A DNA stretch of 64,000 bases from Bryobacterales bacterium (GTDB lineage Bacteria; Acidobacteriota; Terriglobia; Bryobacterales; UBA6623). Made by a program: the position numbers and the translations under genes. The stretch lies in contig CBDCHL010000003.1 of NCBI GenBank assembly GCA_965217195.1, positions 157,260 to 221,259 of the forward strand. The letters run 5' to 3'. Positions 1-9,921 of this stretch are shown here, one piece after another (within the stretch, counting starts at the first letter, position 1; the number at the start of each line of letters is the position of its first letter). Under the pieces are notes generated by a model. It ran no database searches and was not told the origin of the DNA. It saw only the letters and a program-made list of their open reading frames with translations.

Positions 1-1333
1 GCTTGCGATATTCCCGGCGGAACAGCTTGTCCGCGTCGGGGTCGTTGATCGGGCGCTCGTTGTCGATGTCCCAATCGACGCGCCGCCCCAGCCGAAACGC
101 CAGGTTCCCCAGGTGGCAGGCGATCATCGAGTCGTGCCCGATCTCGATGTCGGAGCGCGGCTTCTCACGCGTCCGCATGCATTCGAGGAAATTCTCGACG
201 TGAGTGAGGTGGTAGTCGAGCTTGTCGGTCCGCACCTGCTGCCGCGGCAACCCGGCGGACTTGAAGGTCTTGAACTTCTTGGAATCCAGCTGATCCGTCT
301 CGGGATACACCTCCCATCCCGAGCGATCGATCACCAGCACGCCGTCATTGCCGTGAAACTGCACGCCGTGCTCGCGGGCTTCCGGGCCGCGGCCCACGCC
401 TAGCGCGTGTTCCCAGATCATGCTGAAGTTCGGATACTGCCACAGCACTTGCTGGGTGTCGGGCGTTTGCGCGCCGTCGTCGGGGTACCCGAACTTGCCG
501 CCGATCGACACCGCCGAGGTCGGAGCCTTGATCCTCATCGCCCAGTTGGCGATATCGATCATGTGCGCGCCCCAGTCGGTCATCAGCCCGCCCGAGTAGT
601 CCCAAAACCATCGGAAGCTGAAGTGAAAGCGGTTCTCGTTGAAAGGCCGTTTCGGCGCCGGCCCCAACCACATGTCGTAATCGACGCCTTCGGGCGCAGC
701 GCTGTCAGCGCGAACCGGGGTCTCGCCTTTCCAATCGAGGTAAACCCAGGTCCGCACTTGTCGAATCTGCCCTAGCTTGCCGCTCTTGACGTACTCGACC
801 GCGTCGGTATAGTGTTCGGCGCTACGCTGCTGCGTTCCCATTTGCACAACGCGTTTCTCCCGGCGTGCCGTGTCGACCATAACCCGCCCTTCGGGGACCG
901 TCAGAGCCAGCGGCTTCTCCACATAGACGTCTTTACCCGCTTTACAAGCCATGATCGTCGGAAGGGCGTGCCAGTGATCGGGCGTCGCGACGATCACCGC
1001 GTCGATGTCGTTGCGGTCGATCACGCGGCGGAAGTCTTGGGTCAGGAACTCGGCCTTTTGATCAGCCCGTTCGACGACCTTCTCTTGGGTCTTGTCGATT
1101 TGGGCCTTGTCGACATCGCAGAGCGCGGCGCACTCGACCTCGCCGGTCTTGAGGAAATCGCGCAGGTCGCTGCGGCCCATGCTGCCGCAACCGATCAACC
1201 CCACGCGAATGCGGTCATTCGCGCCGATCACGCGCGAGGAAGACGCCGCCGTCGCGGGAACAGCAGTGCCGCCGGCGGCGGCCGCCAATCCGGCGGAGCT
1301 TTTCAAAAAATTGCGTCGACTCTGAGAAGGCAT
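1..1333 (-). CDS. Gfo/Idh/MocA family oxidoreductase with twin-arginine signal (3' end beyond the window edge)
   Basis: Absent from the ORF track because it has no in-window stop. My minus-strand translation from ATG 1333-1331 gives MPSQSRRNFLKSSAGLAAAAGG...RVGLIGCGSMGRSDLRDF (Tat motif plus Rossmann GxGxxG). It stays open to base 1 (...HVENFLECMRTREKPRSDIEIGHDSMIACHLGNLAFRLGRRVDWD). The plus-strand ORFs listed here are antisense shadows. Confidence 0.8.
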   Translation of the reverse strand, partial: MPSQSRRNFLKSSAGLAAAAGGTAVPATAASSSRVIGANDRIRVGLIGCGSMGRSDLRDFLKTGEVECAALCDVDKAQIDKTQEKVVERADQKAEFLTQDFRRVIDRNDIDAVIVATPDHWHALPTIMACKAGKDVYVEKPLALTVPEGRVMVDTARREKRVVQMGTQQRSAEHYTDAVEYVKSGKLGQIRQVRTWVYLDWKGETPVRADSAAPEGVDYDMWLGPAPKRPFNENRFHFSFRWFWDYSGGLMTDWGAHMIDIANWAMRIKAPTSAVSIGGKFGYPDDGAQTPDTQQVLWQYPNFSMIWEHALGVGRGPEAREHGVQFHGNDGVLVIDRSGWEVYPETDQLDSKKFKTFKSAGLPRQQVRTDKLDYHLTHVENFLECMRTREKPRSDIEIGHDSMIACHLGNLAFRLGRRVDWDIDNERPINDPDADKLFRREYRK

Positions 1334-1501
1334 CCTGAACTCCTTAGGCCCCGACGGCCTGGTTTCAGGGTAGTCAAGCCGCGCCGAGGCGGCAACCCCC
1401 GCCACCGGGCCGTCTCAAAGGGTTGCGCCGCGGACGGAAACCAACAATAACGTCAGCTCGATTCTCAACGAGTTTGGCCCCGAAAACGGTATTGTTCCGG
1501 T

Positions 1502-2374
1502 TCAGCCGGCCGAGCAAAATTCAAACGCGAGAGGCTGCTTAGGCAGGGCATGCCGCCAAGTTTGAAATAGCGATCGGCTAGGTGACGACGAGTCGACGAC
1601 GCGCGCCGGCAGAACGATAGGGAGGGGATCTCGGTCGAAAGGGTAAGGCCGCACGGTGATATGGTGGCGATCGAGCGGCCTAAGCCCCAACGAAACTCGA
1701 TCGTCCAGGCTGGCGCGGGGAACATCATCGAACGACCGCTCCCCGGCCGCGCCGAGGCACAAATAGAGCGACAGAGCGTCGCCGAGCTGCAAGAGCCTCG
1801 CGTGGGGATCGAGGTGCTCGGCATCCACGGCGGCAGCCCAAGACCGGTCGGCACGCAAACGCTCTTTCAAGTCCCGTTGGCCGTCTCCGAGCTCGGCGAC
1901 AAATTGCACGGCTTCGTCCCATTCCTCTCCCCGCGGACGCGCGATCGAACCGGGTAGACCGAAAAGCGGGTGTTGATGCGCGGCCACGAGCGGCTTGTCG
2001 ACGCGCGGAGCGACGAGACGGTAGGCGTGGAGACTGATCAATAACGCGACATAGGGGTGACTGTGCTCGAATCGGGCAATGCCGCGCCGCCAATTCGCGA
2101 AACCGGCCCGCTGACTCATATCAATCAAATGCAGCGGCAGGCCGTCTCGCGGATCGATTTCCGGATCGGCCTCCCATTCCCACCAACCGTTATCGTGCTC
2201 GGCGACGCCAAGAACGGTCTCGGCGCGCAGGCGTTCCGCGTCGAAAGAAGCTGCAAAATAGCCCGGCGCGGCGAACTCTCCGCTGCCCCAGTGAGCGGCC
2301 AGGTAGCCGGAGATCGCGGCATGGTCGGGCTGGCTAATAAGCCAAGTTTGGTCGCCAACGGTGGTCTTAAGCAT
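1502..2374 (-). CDS. conserved hypothetical protein, DUF3891-like
   Basis: 290-aa ORF. The blocks ISQPDHAAISGYLAAHWG, AEHDNGWWEWE and HPYVALLISLHAY resemble DUF3891 as I remember it. Function unknown. Confidence 0.5.
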   Translation of the reverse strand: MLKTTVGDQTWLISQPDHAAISGYLAAHWGSGEFAAPGYFAASFDAERLRAETVLGVAEHDNGWWEWEADPEIDPRDGLPLHLIDMSQRAGFANWRRGIARFEHSHPYVALLISLHAYRLVAPRVDKPLVAAHQHPLFGLPGSIARPRGEEWDEAVQFVAELGDGQRDLKERLRADRSWAAAVDAEHLDPHARLLQLGDALSLYLCLGAAGERSFDDVPRASLDDRVSLGLRPLDRHHITVRPYPFDRDPLPIVLPARVVDSSSPSRSLFQTWRHALPKQPLAFEFCSAG

Positions 2375-2514
2375 GGCGGAACGGCCTTCTCGCTATCCCG
2401 ATCCGACCGTCGAGACATCGGCGTCGCTTGAAGATATTTAGTCTCGCAAAATCAGGCTCGCGGCAGGGGGAGGAACGCACTATACTCCTGAAAGCGCATC
2501 AGGCAAACGCACAG

Positions 2515-3594
2515 ATGAGACCTCTGAAGCCGCTGGTGACGAGATTCGCTGCGCCCATCCTCTGCACCATGCTGAGCATCGTGGCCGGCACCCCTTTGCA
2601 CGGAGCCGGTTGCGACCAAGCCAAGGCCGCGCTTGCCCGGGCTAACCAGGCTCTCGACCGGCGGAATCTCGCCATCGCGCAACAAGTGCTTTCTTCGCTG
2701 GAGGCCGCCGCTTGCGACGAAGTTGTGCTGCTCTCAGCGCGCCTCGCCGAAGCCCACGCAAAACCGCAAGAAGCCGCGCAGTCGTACACCCGCTACACGA
2801 CCCTGGCTCCAGTTGACGCCAAAGGCTTCGCCCTCTTCGGAATGTTCCTGCTGAACAACGGCCGTTACCCGCAAGCCGAAGCAGCTTCGGAACAAGCCTT
2901 CGCGCTCGACCCGCGGCTTCCCGAAGCATTGCTGTTGCGAGGCCGTATTCTCGGGCTCAAGGGAAAGGCATCGGAAGCGCAGTCAAACCTCACCGAAGCC
3001 GTCCGTTTAGGACCCGACAACCCCGAAACCCACTATCAACTCGGCGTCTTTCATGACGGCCGTCAGCAGAGTCACAAAGCCGCCGCCGCGTTTGAAAAGG
3101 TCGTGGCACTAACGCCCGACGACCCACGAGCCTACGACTACCTTGCGCTCAACCTCGAGCCGACCGGAAATGTCAAGAGAGCGGAATGGGCCTATAAGAA
3201 AGGCCTGTCACTGAACCGTGGGCCGCGCTTTGACGCATTTCTCGACTACAACTATGGTCGTTTCCTAATGAAGCGAAACCGCTTGACGGATGCGAAAAAA
3301 CACCTCGACAAGGCTGTTACGCTGACACCCCAAGTGCGTTCTGCTCGCTATGAACGCGGCAAGCTCAATCTCAAGCTCGACAACCTCAAAGCCGCCCGCG
3401 ATGACGCCGAACGGGCGCTGGCGCTGGAGGATCCCGCGGGCGTGATCCTCGATCTGCAGGTTCACTATCTGCTTGCTAGGATTCACCGGCGATTGGGAGA
3501 CCACGAAGAAGCGCGGAAATACTCGGAACTGAGCCGCAAATCCTCTGTTCCGCTTGCCGCGAGGCAAGGGAGAGGCCGCGGCGGGGGCCGCTAG
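2515..3594 (+). CDS. TPR repeat protein, probably exported
   Basis: The ORF is 2428..3594. The internal ATG at 2515 gives a signal-like MRPLKPLVTRFAAPILCTMLSIVAG. It contains repeated 34-aa helical A/Y/L-rich units such as AYDYLALNLEPTGNVKRAEWAYKKGLSLN. Confidence 0.7.
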   Translation: MRPLKPLVTRFAAPILCTMLSIVAGTPLHGAGCDQAKAALARANQALDRRNLAIAQQVLSSLEAAACDEVVLLSARLAEAHAKPQEAAQSYTRYTTLAPVDAKGFALFGMFLLNNGRYPQAEAASEQAFALDPRLPEALLLRGRILGLKGKASEAQSNLTEAVRLGPDNPETHYQLGVFHDGRQQSHKAAAAFEKVVALTPDDPRAYDYLALNLEPTGNVKRAEWAYKKGLSLNRGPRFDAFLDYNYGRFLMKRNRLTDAKKHLDKAVTLTPQVRSARYERGKLNLKLDNLKAARDDAERALALEDPAGVILDLQVHYLLARIHRRLGDHEEARKYSELSRKSSVPLAARQGRGRGGGR

Positions 3595-3694
3595 GGTCCA
3601 CCCCGGCAATCCGGCGATAGTGGTTTAGGGAAGAAAAAAGCCGCGGGTTTATTCGAACCGCGCGCTACGAGTTCTCAGTTTCCCCCAGGCTTTT

Positions 3695-6136
3695 CTATTG
3701 CGCGGCTTGGGCCACAGTCGTCTTCGGGTCTTCGACGCTGAGTTTAGCCTCGATCGGTTTCATTTTGAGCGGAACGTGCTTCTTCTCCGAGCCGGGCAAG
3801 GTGGAGGACGCCGTGATCTGAATGTCGTAGCGGCCGGGTTCGACTTCGTCGCCCGCCGTGCAACTCAACTCAAACTTGGCCGCGGTGGCGACCTCGGCTT
3901 CTTTGCAGGAAACCCCTACGGGAAGGCTGTCGAGCTTCACTCCGATGGGCGAGTCAAATCCCGGCTCGCGGGTCACGGACCCGACGAGGGTCGTGGTCTC
4001 GCCCGGCGCCAGGCTGATTTCCGTCGGCAGATTCACGCCGTACCCGAGCACCATTTCAAAGACCACCGCCGGGGCGTAAACAATGCGGGCCGCGCCGTCG
4101 ACTTTTATCTTGCCGCTCAGCAGCAAATCGAAGCGTAGAGGCAAGTCGGCGAACTCGGTGCCGAATCCGACGCTCTCTGAGGTAACGAGCGTCATCTTTC
4201 CCTCTTTGGCGTATTTCCTGCGCTCGCTGCGCTTGATGAAAGTAGCGATGCCGAGGCGAGCATCGACCTCTTCCGGCGGGCGGATACCCGGTTGACGAGC
4301 GTGAAAGCTCCATGACAACTCGTGATTTTGGCCCATGATCAGGCGCACTAGGCGGGGCGTGAGAACTTCGAGCACGGCCGGCTCTTCGGGGGCCACGGTC
4401 GCCACAAGCGCCGTGTTCATCAGGGGCGCTTCGATGCTATCCGGGGTCAACGGAACCCCCCCGGCATCGGCCGCCACGCTGACGACCGCGGGACTGAGGG
4501 CGTGGCGCCGGAAGGTTCTGTCTTCGGTCTTTCCCACGCCCCAGACATCCAGATCGAGCATGCGCGCGGGCGCTCCCGGTTTGGGCGTCAACGTCACCAC
4601 CGCCCTACGGAATCGAAGGCCTCCCTCGGCTCCGACCGGTGTCGGGGCGATATTTCCGCCGCTCATCTCGATGTCGTCGGGGAGGTTGGGAATTTCAATC
4701 TTTATCGCGCCCTGATAGCCGCGGCGATTCGCGAGCACAGAGAAGATGGCGGTTCCGCGTTCGGGGATGTTGAGGTATGGGGTCGTCACGGTCAGTTGGA
4801 AATCGCCCGGTTCGCGCTTAGCCAGCAGGCGATAGGCAAACTCGCGCCCGCCGCGGCCAAGCAGATCTTCCACCCTCACGTCCAGTTTGCGCGTGCCGTC
4901 GGGAATGGTCAGGACCAAGAAGGGGTCCTCACCCGGCCCCATGCTTGAAACCACGGCGTAGACATTGTCTTTCGGGGGAATGTCGCCCGCCGACGCCAAT
5001 TTCGTCCCCGCCTCGTTGTAGAGCGTAAGTAGGGCATAGAGCGACGAGGTGCCAAGTGAAGCGGCGTCCATCTCGAAACGCCAAGTTTCGCCCGGCGCCA
5101 CGGCGAGAGAATATCGATCGACTTCGCCCGTCTTGGCGACGCGTCCGTTGACAACAACTCCGGGCTTGAGGGTCTTGTTCTTGGCCTTGCGGGGCTCGAA
5201 GGTTTCGGCATCGGGGCCGACCGCGAAGTTGAGCGGCAGCGCACCCGGCTTGCCAGGAACCCGGATGCGGATGGAGCGAGTCTTCTCATCGACCCCTGTG
5301 AGGTCGGGACGTATCGCCGCCGGCTTGGCCAAGTTGCCGCCGAAGAGCTCGGCTTTCACCTTGTCGCCGCGCCGCCAACCGAGCGGGAAAATGCCGTCGG
5401 CGTAATTGAAATCGCCGATCTTGAGGCGGTAGAAATTTTCCCTTAGCGCACCGAACTTCGCTTCGTGCACTTCGACGAAATAGGAGCCGGCTTGGTCGAA
5501 AACGACCTCGGCTCGCGGATCGACTCCCAAACCCGGGGCATCCGCATTGCGGGCCAGTACGTTTCCGTCGGCATCGAGCACGCGCAGAACCGGGTCAATC
5601 GCCGAACCGGCGCGCCTCGCTTCAACTTCGAAAATGAGCCGCTCGCCGGCCCGCGCTTTGAAGCGGTAATAGTCGCGGTCTCCGGGCCCGAGGTTCCCGT
5701 TCACGATGACGGGTGTGGTGACCTCTTGAGCGGTCTCGGCGGAATCATTGAGCGGTTCGTCGATCTCGGCTTCCGACTCAGCCTCGATGGTTTCGGGAAA
5801 CGCCCCAAGGGTGAACAGCAATACGTTCGAGAGTCCATCGCGAGTTCGAATGCGAACCGGGTAGGTGTCAATCGCCGCGTCGCTCGGGATTTCGAGCAGA
5901 AATGGGAGTTCCAACCCGGCGCGGCCTTCGCTCTTCGGGGGCGTCAGGGCCGTAATCCCGCCGGGCAGTGACGTCAGAATCTCGGCGTCGGACGTGAGGC
6001 CGGTTCCGACGAGGGTCAGCTTAGCGGCCTTACCGCGCTGAGCGCCGCGCGGCTCGAGTTTTTCGAGCATGGGCGCGGCCGCGAAGGCGTTAACGACCAT
6101 CAACGGCGCCAACCACCAACCGATTGAACGTTTCAT
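3695..6136 (-). CDS. large secreted protein with PPC-like (pre-peptidase C-terminal type) beta-sandwich segments
   Basis: 822-aa ORF. ATG 6136 gives the signal peptide MKRSIGWWLAPLMVVNAFAAAP. Segments GDRDYYRFKARAGERLIFEVEARRAGSAIDPVLRVLDADGNVLARNAD and GEVDRYSLAVAPGETWRFEMDA look like PPC-type domains. Function unknown. Confidence 0.6.
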   Translation of the reverse strand: MKRSIGWWLAPLMVVNAFAAAPMLEKLEPRGAQRGKAAKLTLVGTGLTSDAEILTSLPGGITALTPPKSEGRAGLELPFLLEIPSDAAIDTYPVRIRTRDGLSNVLLFTLGAFPETIEAESEAEIDEPLNDSAETAQEVTTPVIVNGNLGPGDRDYYRFKARAGERLIFEVEARRAGSAIDPVLRVLDADGNVLARNADAPGLGVDPRAEVVFDQAGSYFVEVHEAKFGALRENFYRLKIGDFNYADGIFPLGWRRGDKVKAELFGGNLAKPAAIRPDLTGVDEKTRSIRIRVPGKPGALPLNFAVGPDAETFEPRKAKNKTLKPGVVVNGRVAKTGEVDRYSLAVAPGETWRFEMDAASLGTSSLYALLTLYNEAGTKLASAGDIPPKDNVYAVVSSMGPGEDPFLVLTIPDGTRKLDVRVEDLLGRGGREFAYRLLAKREPGDFQLTVTTPYLNIPERGTAIFSVLANRRGYQGAIKIEIPNLPDDIEMSGGNIAPTPVGAEGGLRFRRAVVTLTPKPGAPARMLDLDVWGVGKTEDRTFRRHALSPAVVSVAADAGGVPLTPDSIEAPLMNTALVATVAPEEPAVLEVLTPRLVRLIMGQNHELSWSFHARQPGIRPPEEVDARLGIATFIKRSERRKYAKEGKMTLVTSESVGFGTEFADLPLRFDLLLSGKIKVDGAARIVYAPAVVFEMVLGYGVNLPTEISLAPGETTTLVGSVTREPGFDSPIGVKLDSLPVGVSCKEAEVATAAKFELSCTAGDEVEPGRYDIQITASSTLPGSEKKHVPLKMKPIEAKLSVEDPKTTVAQAAQ

Positions 6137-6490
6137 GGAAGCCTCCCGGGCGGCCGTCATCACGACCGAAGCGGCTCGCGGGTGATGACCATTCGTCCCC
6201 CGGAGCCGCCGTTACTTCGCTGATGATAGCAAAGTAGTTGCGCCGGCCCGCAAAGCAGTCTAGGGACATGAAGATGGGGGTCCGCTGTGTCCAGATGGCG
6301 CGGGAGCGGCGATCTTAGGCGAGTTCGCCCGGACGAGCAGGAGTACCTCACTTGCGCCACGTCGGGTGCCGACACCTGCGTCGGAGGGACCGCTCGGCGC
6401 GCCGCTACCGCATCTCCCATATCTTCCTCGACTTTCCCGCCGCCGCCTCCCAAACCGTTTCTGCCTGAACGTGCTCTGCCGTAAAGATGT

Positions 6491-7129
6491 TTAGGCGGTC
6501 ACGGAACCATAGCTCAGGCTCTTTTTTCTCAGCAACACTTGGTAGTCGCTGTGGACGACGTCAATCTGACGGCGAAAACAACCCATGAAGGCGTCAATCG
6601 CGATCTCGGGCTTGAGATCCGCCGGCCGTTCTCTCGGCCACTTGTAATCGTCAAGGATGAGAAGGCCCCCGGTCTTTAACAACCTCCAGGCTAAAACGAC
6701 ATCCTCTAACACGTGGAAGGCCGTATGACTACCGTCGATGTAGATGATGTTGTAGAAATCGAGAGGCAGTTCTCTTAACTCCACCTGCGAGCGGCCTTTG
6801 ATAAACGTCGCTCGGTCTTCAGCCCCGGAGGCGCGAAGATTGGCCAGGAAAACCGGCTCGGGGTTACCACCGGGATAATCGGGCAAAGCCCAATTGAACG
6901 CGTCAATAAACGTAGCTCGCGAGGAGGAGTGCGTCAGGATGTTGTCGATCATCCAGATCGCCGACCTGCCCTCGAACACGCCGACCTCCAAATATTGAAT
7001 GCCCGGTTTCTTCCGGTAGTCGGCGAGTGCGTTCTCCCAGACTGGGAGGTGTCGGGAGAACCAATCGCCCCCATGGAAGCGATATCGGTCACTGACGGGT
7101 TCCCGCGGCAACGTGCTGTTTCGTCTCAT
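6491..7129 (-). CDS. class I SAM-dependent methyltransferase (Methyltransf_24-like)
   Basis: 212 aa. It has YLEVGVFEGRSAIWM (motif I-like) and IYIDGSHTAFHVLEDVVLAWRLLKTGGLLILDDY. Confidence 0.65.
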   Translation of the reverse strand: MRRNSTLPREPVSDRYRFHGGDWFSRHLPVWENALADYRKKPGIQYLEVGVFEGRSAIWMIDNILTHSSSRATFIDAFNWALPDYPGGNPEPVFLANLRASGAEDRATFIKGRSQVELRELPLDFYNIIYIDGSHTAFHVLEDVVLAWRLLKTGGLLILDDYKWPRERPADLKPEIAIDAFMGCFRRQIDVVHSDYQVLLRKKSLSYGSVTA

Positions 7130-7267
7130 ACTGAAACCTCACTGCTGAGAAGTCCGAATCCGAGACGCCGAGACGCGCCACAGTCATCGACCGGTACGAA
7201 GCAGGCGCGAACAGAGTGGAAGCGCTTCGGCGGTCCCCGACATCGATAGGGCCGGCCGAGGTCAATC

Positions 7268-8398
7268 TTATTTCGGTGACGGCTTTTCTTCGCTCTGCTC
7301 GGCTTCTCGGACTTGTGCGGCTTCCTCCCGCTTCTGGACTTCTCGCACGATTTCGCGGAGATACTTCGTGGTCTTCTCCGCTGCCGGCATCGACGCAACC
7401 CCGTCTCGATAGGCTTCGATAACGCGCTGCTTCTGGTCCGGATCGACAATCAAGTAACGGTGTCGACCATCTGTGGACGGCGTGAAGGTGGTCCGCCCGT
7501 CGTCGAGAACGGTGACCTCGCCGGGTTCGGAAAGTTCGAAGTATCCTTCGTCCGGGTGAGCCGCGTGCAGGGCCGCCGCCAGAGCCCCGGCGGCCGCGTC
7601 GTAGGGCATCGATCGGTAGGCGCGATAGGCGTCAACGACCGGGTGATAGGGAGTCCAAGTGAAATCCTTCTCAATGCTCGAAGCCGGGTAGGGCAGCTCG
7701 CGGCCGACTTCATCACCCGCGGCGACGATCGGCGTGGGCCATTCGGCGAAGAGCTTGCGGGCGGCCGGAATATCATGCGCGATGTTGTACTCCGGTCCTC
7801 CTTCCGGATAGGCACCGCCCGCGACCACAAGCAGACGCACCTTCTTCGAGATCAAATCATTAATCCCGCGCAAGCCGAGCACGCGGGCGAGATTCGTTGC
7901 CGGGCCCGTCAGAACCACGACACCGTTTTGGTCATGCAGAGCGGTGAAGGCGTTACGGATGACCGCCGCCACGTCGGCGGTGTCGGTGGGCTTGTTGATC
8001 TCATGCCTGTACGCCGGCTCACGGGCAGCGTCGCGACGTGACAGCACAGCGGTGATCATCGGTGCGTCGGGGGATGATTCCCCTTCGGTCAACAACCCGA
8101 CCGGCAAGGCCCGCTTGCGACGCCGGAATTTCCGCGGCAACTCACGCTGTTTCCAGTCCGTGAAAAACCACGCTATCGCATCGCAGAAAGCGGCCGCCTG
8201 CAAATTTCCGTGGCTGACGGTGACCGACACGACACGCCCTTCGGGTTCGGGCTTCGCGGTAAGGCCATGGAGGAAGGCTAAGGCCAGGACGTCATCGATC
8301 TTCCGTCCCATCGCGGAGTCGAAGATAACCCCTACGGGAGGTTTCTTTTTGCCGGGGAACTGCATTTTCGAGAACGCGGGTGAGTCGTGCTCGGTCAC
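7268..8398 (-). CDS. nucleoside hydrolase-like protein
   Basis: 376 aa. The N-terminal VIFDSAMGRKIDDVLALAFLHG resembles the DxDxxxDD Ca-binding motif of inosine/uridine-preferring nucleoside hydrolases, with an insertion. It has a Lys/Glu-rich C-terminal tail. Confidence 0.5.
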   Translation of the reverse strand: MTEHDSPAFSKMQFPGKKKPPVGVIFDSAMGRKIDDVLALAFLHGLTAKPEPEGRVVSVTVSHGNLQAAAFCDAIAWFFTDWKQRELPRKFRRRKRALPVGLLTEGESSPDAPMITAVLSRRDAAREPAYRHEINKPTDTADVAAVIRNAFTALHDQNGVVVLTGPATNLARVLGLRGINDLISKKVRLLVVAGGAYPEGGPEYNIAHDIPAARKLFAEWPTPIVAAGDEVGRELPYPASSIEKDFTWTPYHPVVDAYRAYRSMPYDAAAGALAAALHAAHPDEGYFELSEPGEVTVLDDGRTTFTPSTDGRHRYLIVDPDQKQRVIEAYRDGVASMPAAEKTTKYLREIVREVQKREEAAQVREAEQSEEKPSPK

Positions 8399-8582
8399 GC
8401 CGGCGGACCGTTAAGACTACTATACGCGCGTGAAACATTACACTGAAACCGCCGGCGCGGGGCGTGCGAAGATAGTAACGTAAGGGAGAGCAATCGCACT
8501 GCCCGCGCGACCGAAACGGCGGTGCCGCGAGCCACGCTCGGCCGAGCCCCTGACATTAGGCCAAGTAAAGGACGGCCACATC

Positions 8583-9761
8583 ATGAAAAGTCGAATTCTG
8601 TTTTTCCTCGCGACGGTCTGCCTTCTGGCGACCTCGCTGGGCGCCGACGTCCTGATCGTGGAAGAAATCATCGCCAAGATCAATGGTGATATCCTGCTCC
8701 GCTCCGAATACGATACCGCGCTCAGCGAGCTGCGCGCGCAGGTTCGGGACGCGAAAGACTTCAACGAAGAGCAGAAAGAGGAGCTGCTCGCGAAGCGGGA
8801 AAAGGAATCGTTGCGCGATCTGATTGATCGACGCCTGATGGTGCAGCGTGGCAAGGAATTGGGAATAAGCGTGGAGGCTCAGGTGTTGCGCCAGCGTGAC
8901 GAGATGATGAAGCAGTACAAGATCGAGACGATCGACGAGTGGGAGGACTGGGTCTTTGAGCAGACTGGAGCGCCGGCGGAAGACTTGAAGGACCGCATGA
9001 GGGAGTCGTTTCTCTCCCAGGCGGTGATGGGGCAGGAAGTCGGTTCGCGGATCGTGATTCCCCGCGCTCAAATCGAAGAGTACTACGCCGAGCACAAGGG
9101 AGAGTTTATCCGCAAGGAAGGCGTGCACTTGCTCGAATTCTTGATCTCAACTGCGGGCAAGAATGCCGAGGAACTCAAAGCCGCCGAAAAGAAGGTCGAG
9201 GACTTGCACAAGCGGCTCATCAAAGGCGAGCGGTTCCGGGAGCTGGCCAAGCGGCATTCGGAAAACCCACGGACTGCGCCTTCGGGAGGAGACATCGGCA
9301 TTTGGCGGCGCGGCGACTTGCGCAAGGAAATCGAAAGTGCGGTTTTCGATCAACGTCAGGGTCACATCACCGATCCGCTCAAAACGCCGAACGGCTACCT
9401 GATCTTGAAAGTGGAAACGAAGTACCGCGAGGGACAAGCGGAGCTGTCGGAAGTGCAAGAAGAGATTCGTAACCGCCTGATGGCGCCGCGCTATGAGCCC
9501 GAGGTCAGGAAGTTCCTGACCCGGCTTCGCCAGGAAGCCTACATCGAGATTCGGCCCGGGTATGCGGACAGCGCAGCGGTAGCGGGCAAAGATACGTCAT
9601 GGACCGACCCGGCGAAGCTGGCTCCGGTGACAACGACTCGCGAGGAGGTCCTCGCGAAGAAGAAGAAACGGCGTTTGCTTTGGGTCATCCCGCTCCCCGG
9701 CGGCGGCGACAAAGACAAGAAGAAGGACAAGAAAGACAAGAAGGACGAAGCCGACGACTAG
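8583..9761 (+). CDS. SurA-like periplasmic peptidyl-prolyl isomerase (parvulin domain)
   Basis: The signal peptide is MKSRILFFLATVCLLATSLGA. A SurA-N-like region is followed by the parvulin motif SGGDIGIWRRGDL...GHITDPLKTPNGYLILKVE. It ends in a KD-rich tail. Confidence 0.75.
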   Translation: MKSRILFFLATVCLLATSLGADVLIVEEIIAKINGDILLRSEYDTALSELRAQVRDAKDFNEEQKEELLAKREKESLRDLIDRRLMVQRGKELGISVEAQVLRQRDEMMKQYKIETIDEWEDWVFEQTGAPAEDLKDRMRESFLSQAVMGQEVGSRIVIPRAQIEEYYAEHKGEFIRKEGVHLLEFLISTAGKNAEELKAAEKKVEDLHKRLIKGERFRELAKRHSENPRTAPSGGDIGIWRRGDLRKEIESAVFDQRQGHITDPLKTPNGYLILKVETKYREGQAELSEVQEEIRNRLMAPRYEPEVRKFLTRLRQEAYIEIRPGYADSAAVAGKDTSWTDPAKLAPVTTTREEVLAKKKKRRLLWVIPLPGGGDKDKKKDKKDKKDEADD

Positions 9762-9921
9762 CCTTCGGTCGTGTGGGCCGGATCCGGGCCGGCGCAGCTC
9801 CGGCGCCCACAACCTCAACGCAACAACCCCGGACGGGGCACAGCAAGTTCTGATTTCGTCCCTGCCGGGCGCGGTCGGGAATCACTCGTTTTCGAGCGCC
9901 GGCTGCATACCCTTCTGAGAC

